Positions 63,015 to 64,000 of a stretch of 64,000 nt of DNA are shown here, piece after piece. Made by a program: the position numbers and the translations under genes. The DNA is from Lingula anatina. Its lineage: Eukaryota; Animalia; Brachiopoda. The notes beneath the pieces are model-generated. The model did no database searches. It was given only the letters and a program-made list of their open reading frames with translations, and was not told the origin of the DNA. Each line of letters starts with the position of its first letter. The first letter of the stretch is position 1. The stretch is taken from the NCBI GenBank assembly GCA_051362555.1, contig CM120641.1, positions 21,328,001 through 21,392,000 of the forward strand. Reading direction: 5' to 3'.

Positions 63015-64000
63015 CTAAAAACCAAAAAAGAATACAAAATACTTTTACTAAGCAGATAATAACATAAAAGTCAACTTAACATCATGAATTTAACTTTCAG
63101 TAAATAACTGGAACTCTTCATTATTCTAATCATGGCATGTAAGGGAAGAATATTATACATTGGCAAATACTTTTATTAGGCAAGGGTTCAGACAACATAC
63201 TACCTTCAACTACCCCCCCTCCCCCCATTCCTCCTTTTTCAATAAAATAACAGTAATAAAAAAGACACCAGTGGAGGCTTTGCCCCCATGGATTTGTCTG
63301 TTGATCAGGTGTTGACCAGAGCTTGCAAATTCAGTCGTCAATCAGATAAGGGCATTTTTACAATCCTGGGCACTTTTCAGATTTTCCCACATATTGCTAA
63401 TTAACAAATTACATACATACGATCAAAGAATTCTTTTATCACTATGTTAGAGAATGGTGTAAGTGAAGATAAACACTGAAAATAGAAACCAAATATCACC
63501 ACCGAGTCCAAAGTTATGCTAAAGCAAAGCCCGAAAAATGACCAAAAATTTTTCCCGTTTTAGTCATATGAAATAAAAAGCAATCTGAAATAAATTAAAA
63601 CAGTGTTTGACATTGCATTTTTTTGGATTATAAAACACTCAGTAGTATGGTGGAAGCAAAAAAGTTTAAATATTAACAGGAGAGAGGTGTATCCTAGTAA
63701 AAAAAGCCTTTTAATGGCATCCTGGTATTTCCGTTAAACGAAATGTCCATTCCGAAACAAAAACAAATGACTTTCAGAAAATATATCATAAAACATACAG
63801 TATAATTTACCATCCTAATCATTATTTGGATGTATTGGTATTGTTTGTATCAAATAATGAAATCTGCGCGATGATTCTGGAGCTTGACATGGAGTGCAAA
63901 ATAACCCTACCATGTTTTTCCGTTAAATTTGTCCATTCCGAAACATTGGGTTTCTCTTACATAAAAAGAACATGTTGACACCTAGCCAGTAACAATATAT

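Overview
This is AT-rich, CpG-depleted, intron-rich animal genomic DNA. A lophotrochozoan, probably mollusc, origin is inferred from the repeat types only. Four multi-exon genes can be rebuilt by hand with consistent splice phases. (1) The 3' end of SLC25A42, a mitochondrial CoA carrier (+). (2) A complete PRUNE/PRUNE2(BMCC1)-like gene (-, ~1539 aa) with a DHH/DHHA2 phosphoesterase, a 2.6-kb acidic exon and a BNIP2/BCH domain. (3) A complete Golgi alpha-mannosidase II, MAN2A1-like (+, ~1152 aa, 23 coding exons), head-to-head with the PRUNE gene across a CpG-rich promoter. (4) A SEC14L1/retm-like gene (-) whose first coding exon lies outside the window. Three copies of one non-autonomous Helentron/HINE-type element sit in introns of three different genes. 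Each carries an array of 146-bp repeats, and most monomers contain a stacked nuclear-receptor site (RORE + DR1/NBRE + NR5A/ERR half-site). One copy holds a nested IS3EU-like MITE and a head-to-tail partial duplication. A 3.3-kb CpG-rich TIR element and several MITEs are also present. The main leads are the NR-motif satellite carried by a rolling-circle element, a triplicated PRUNE C-terminal motif, a PRUNE1-like active site within a PRUNE2 architecture, a GC-AG intron, and alternative 3' exons. No tRNA, rRNA or CRISPR was seen.
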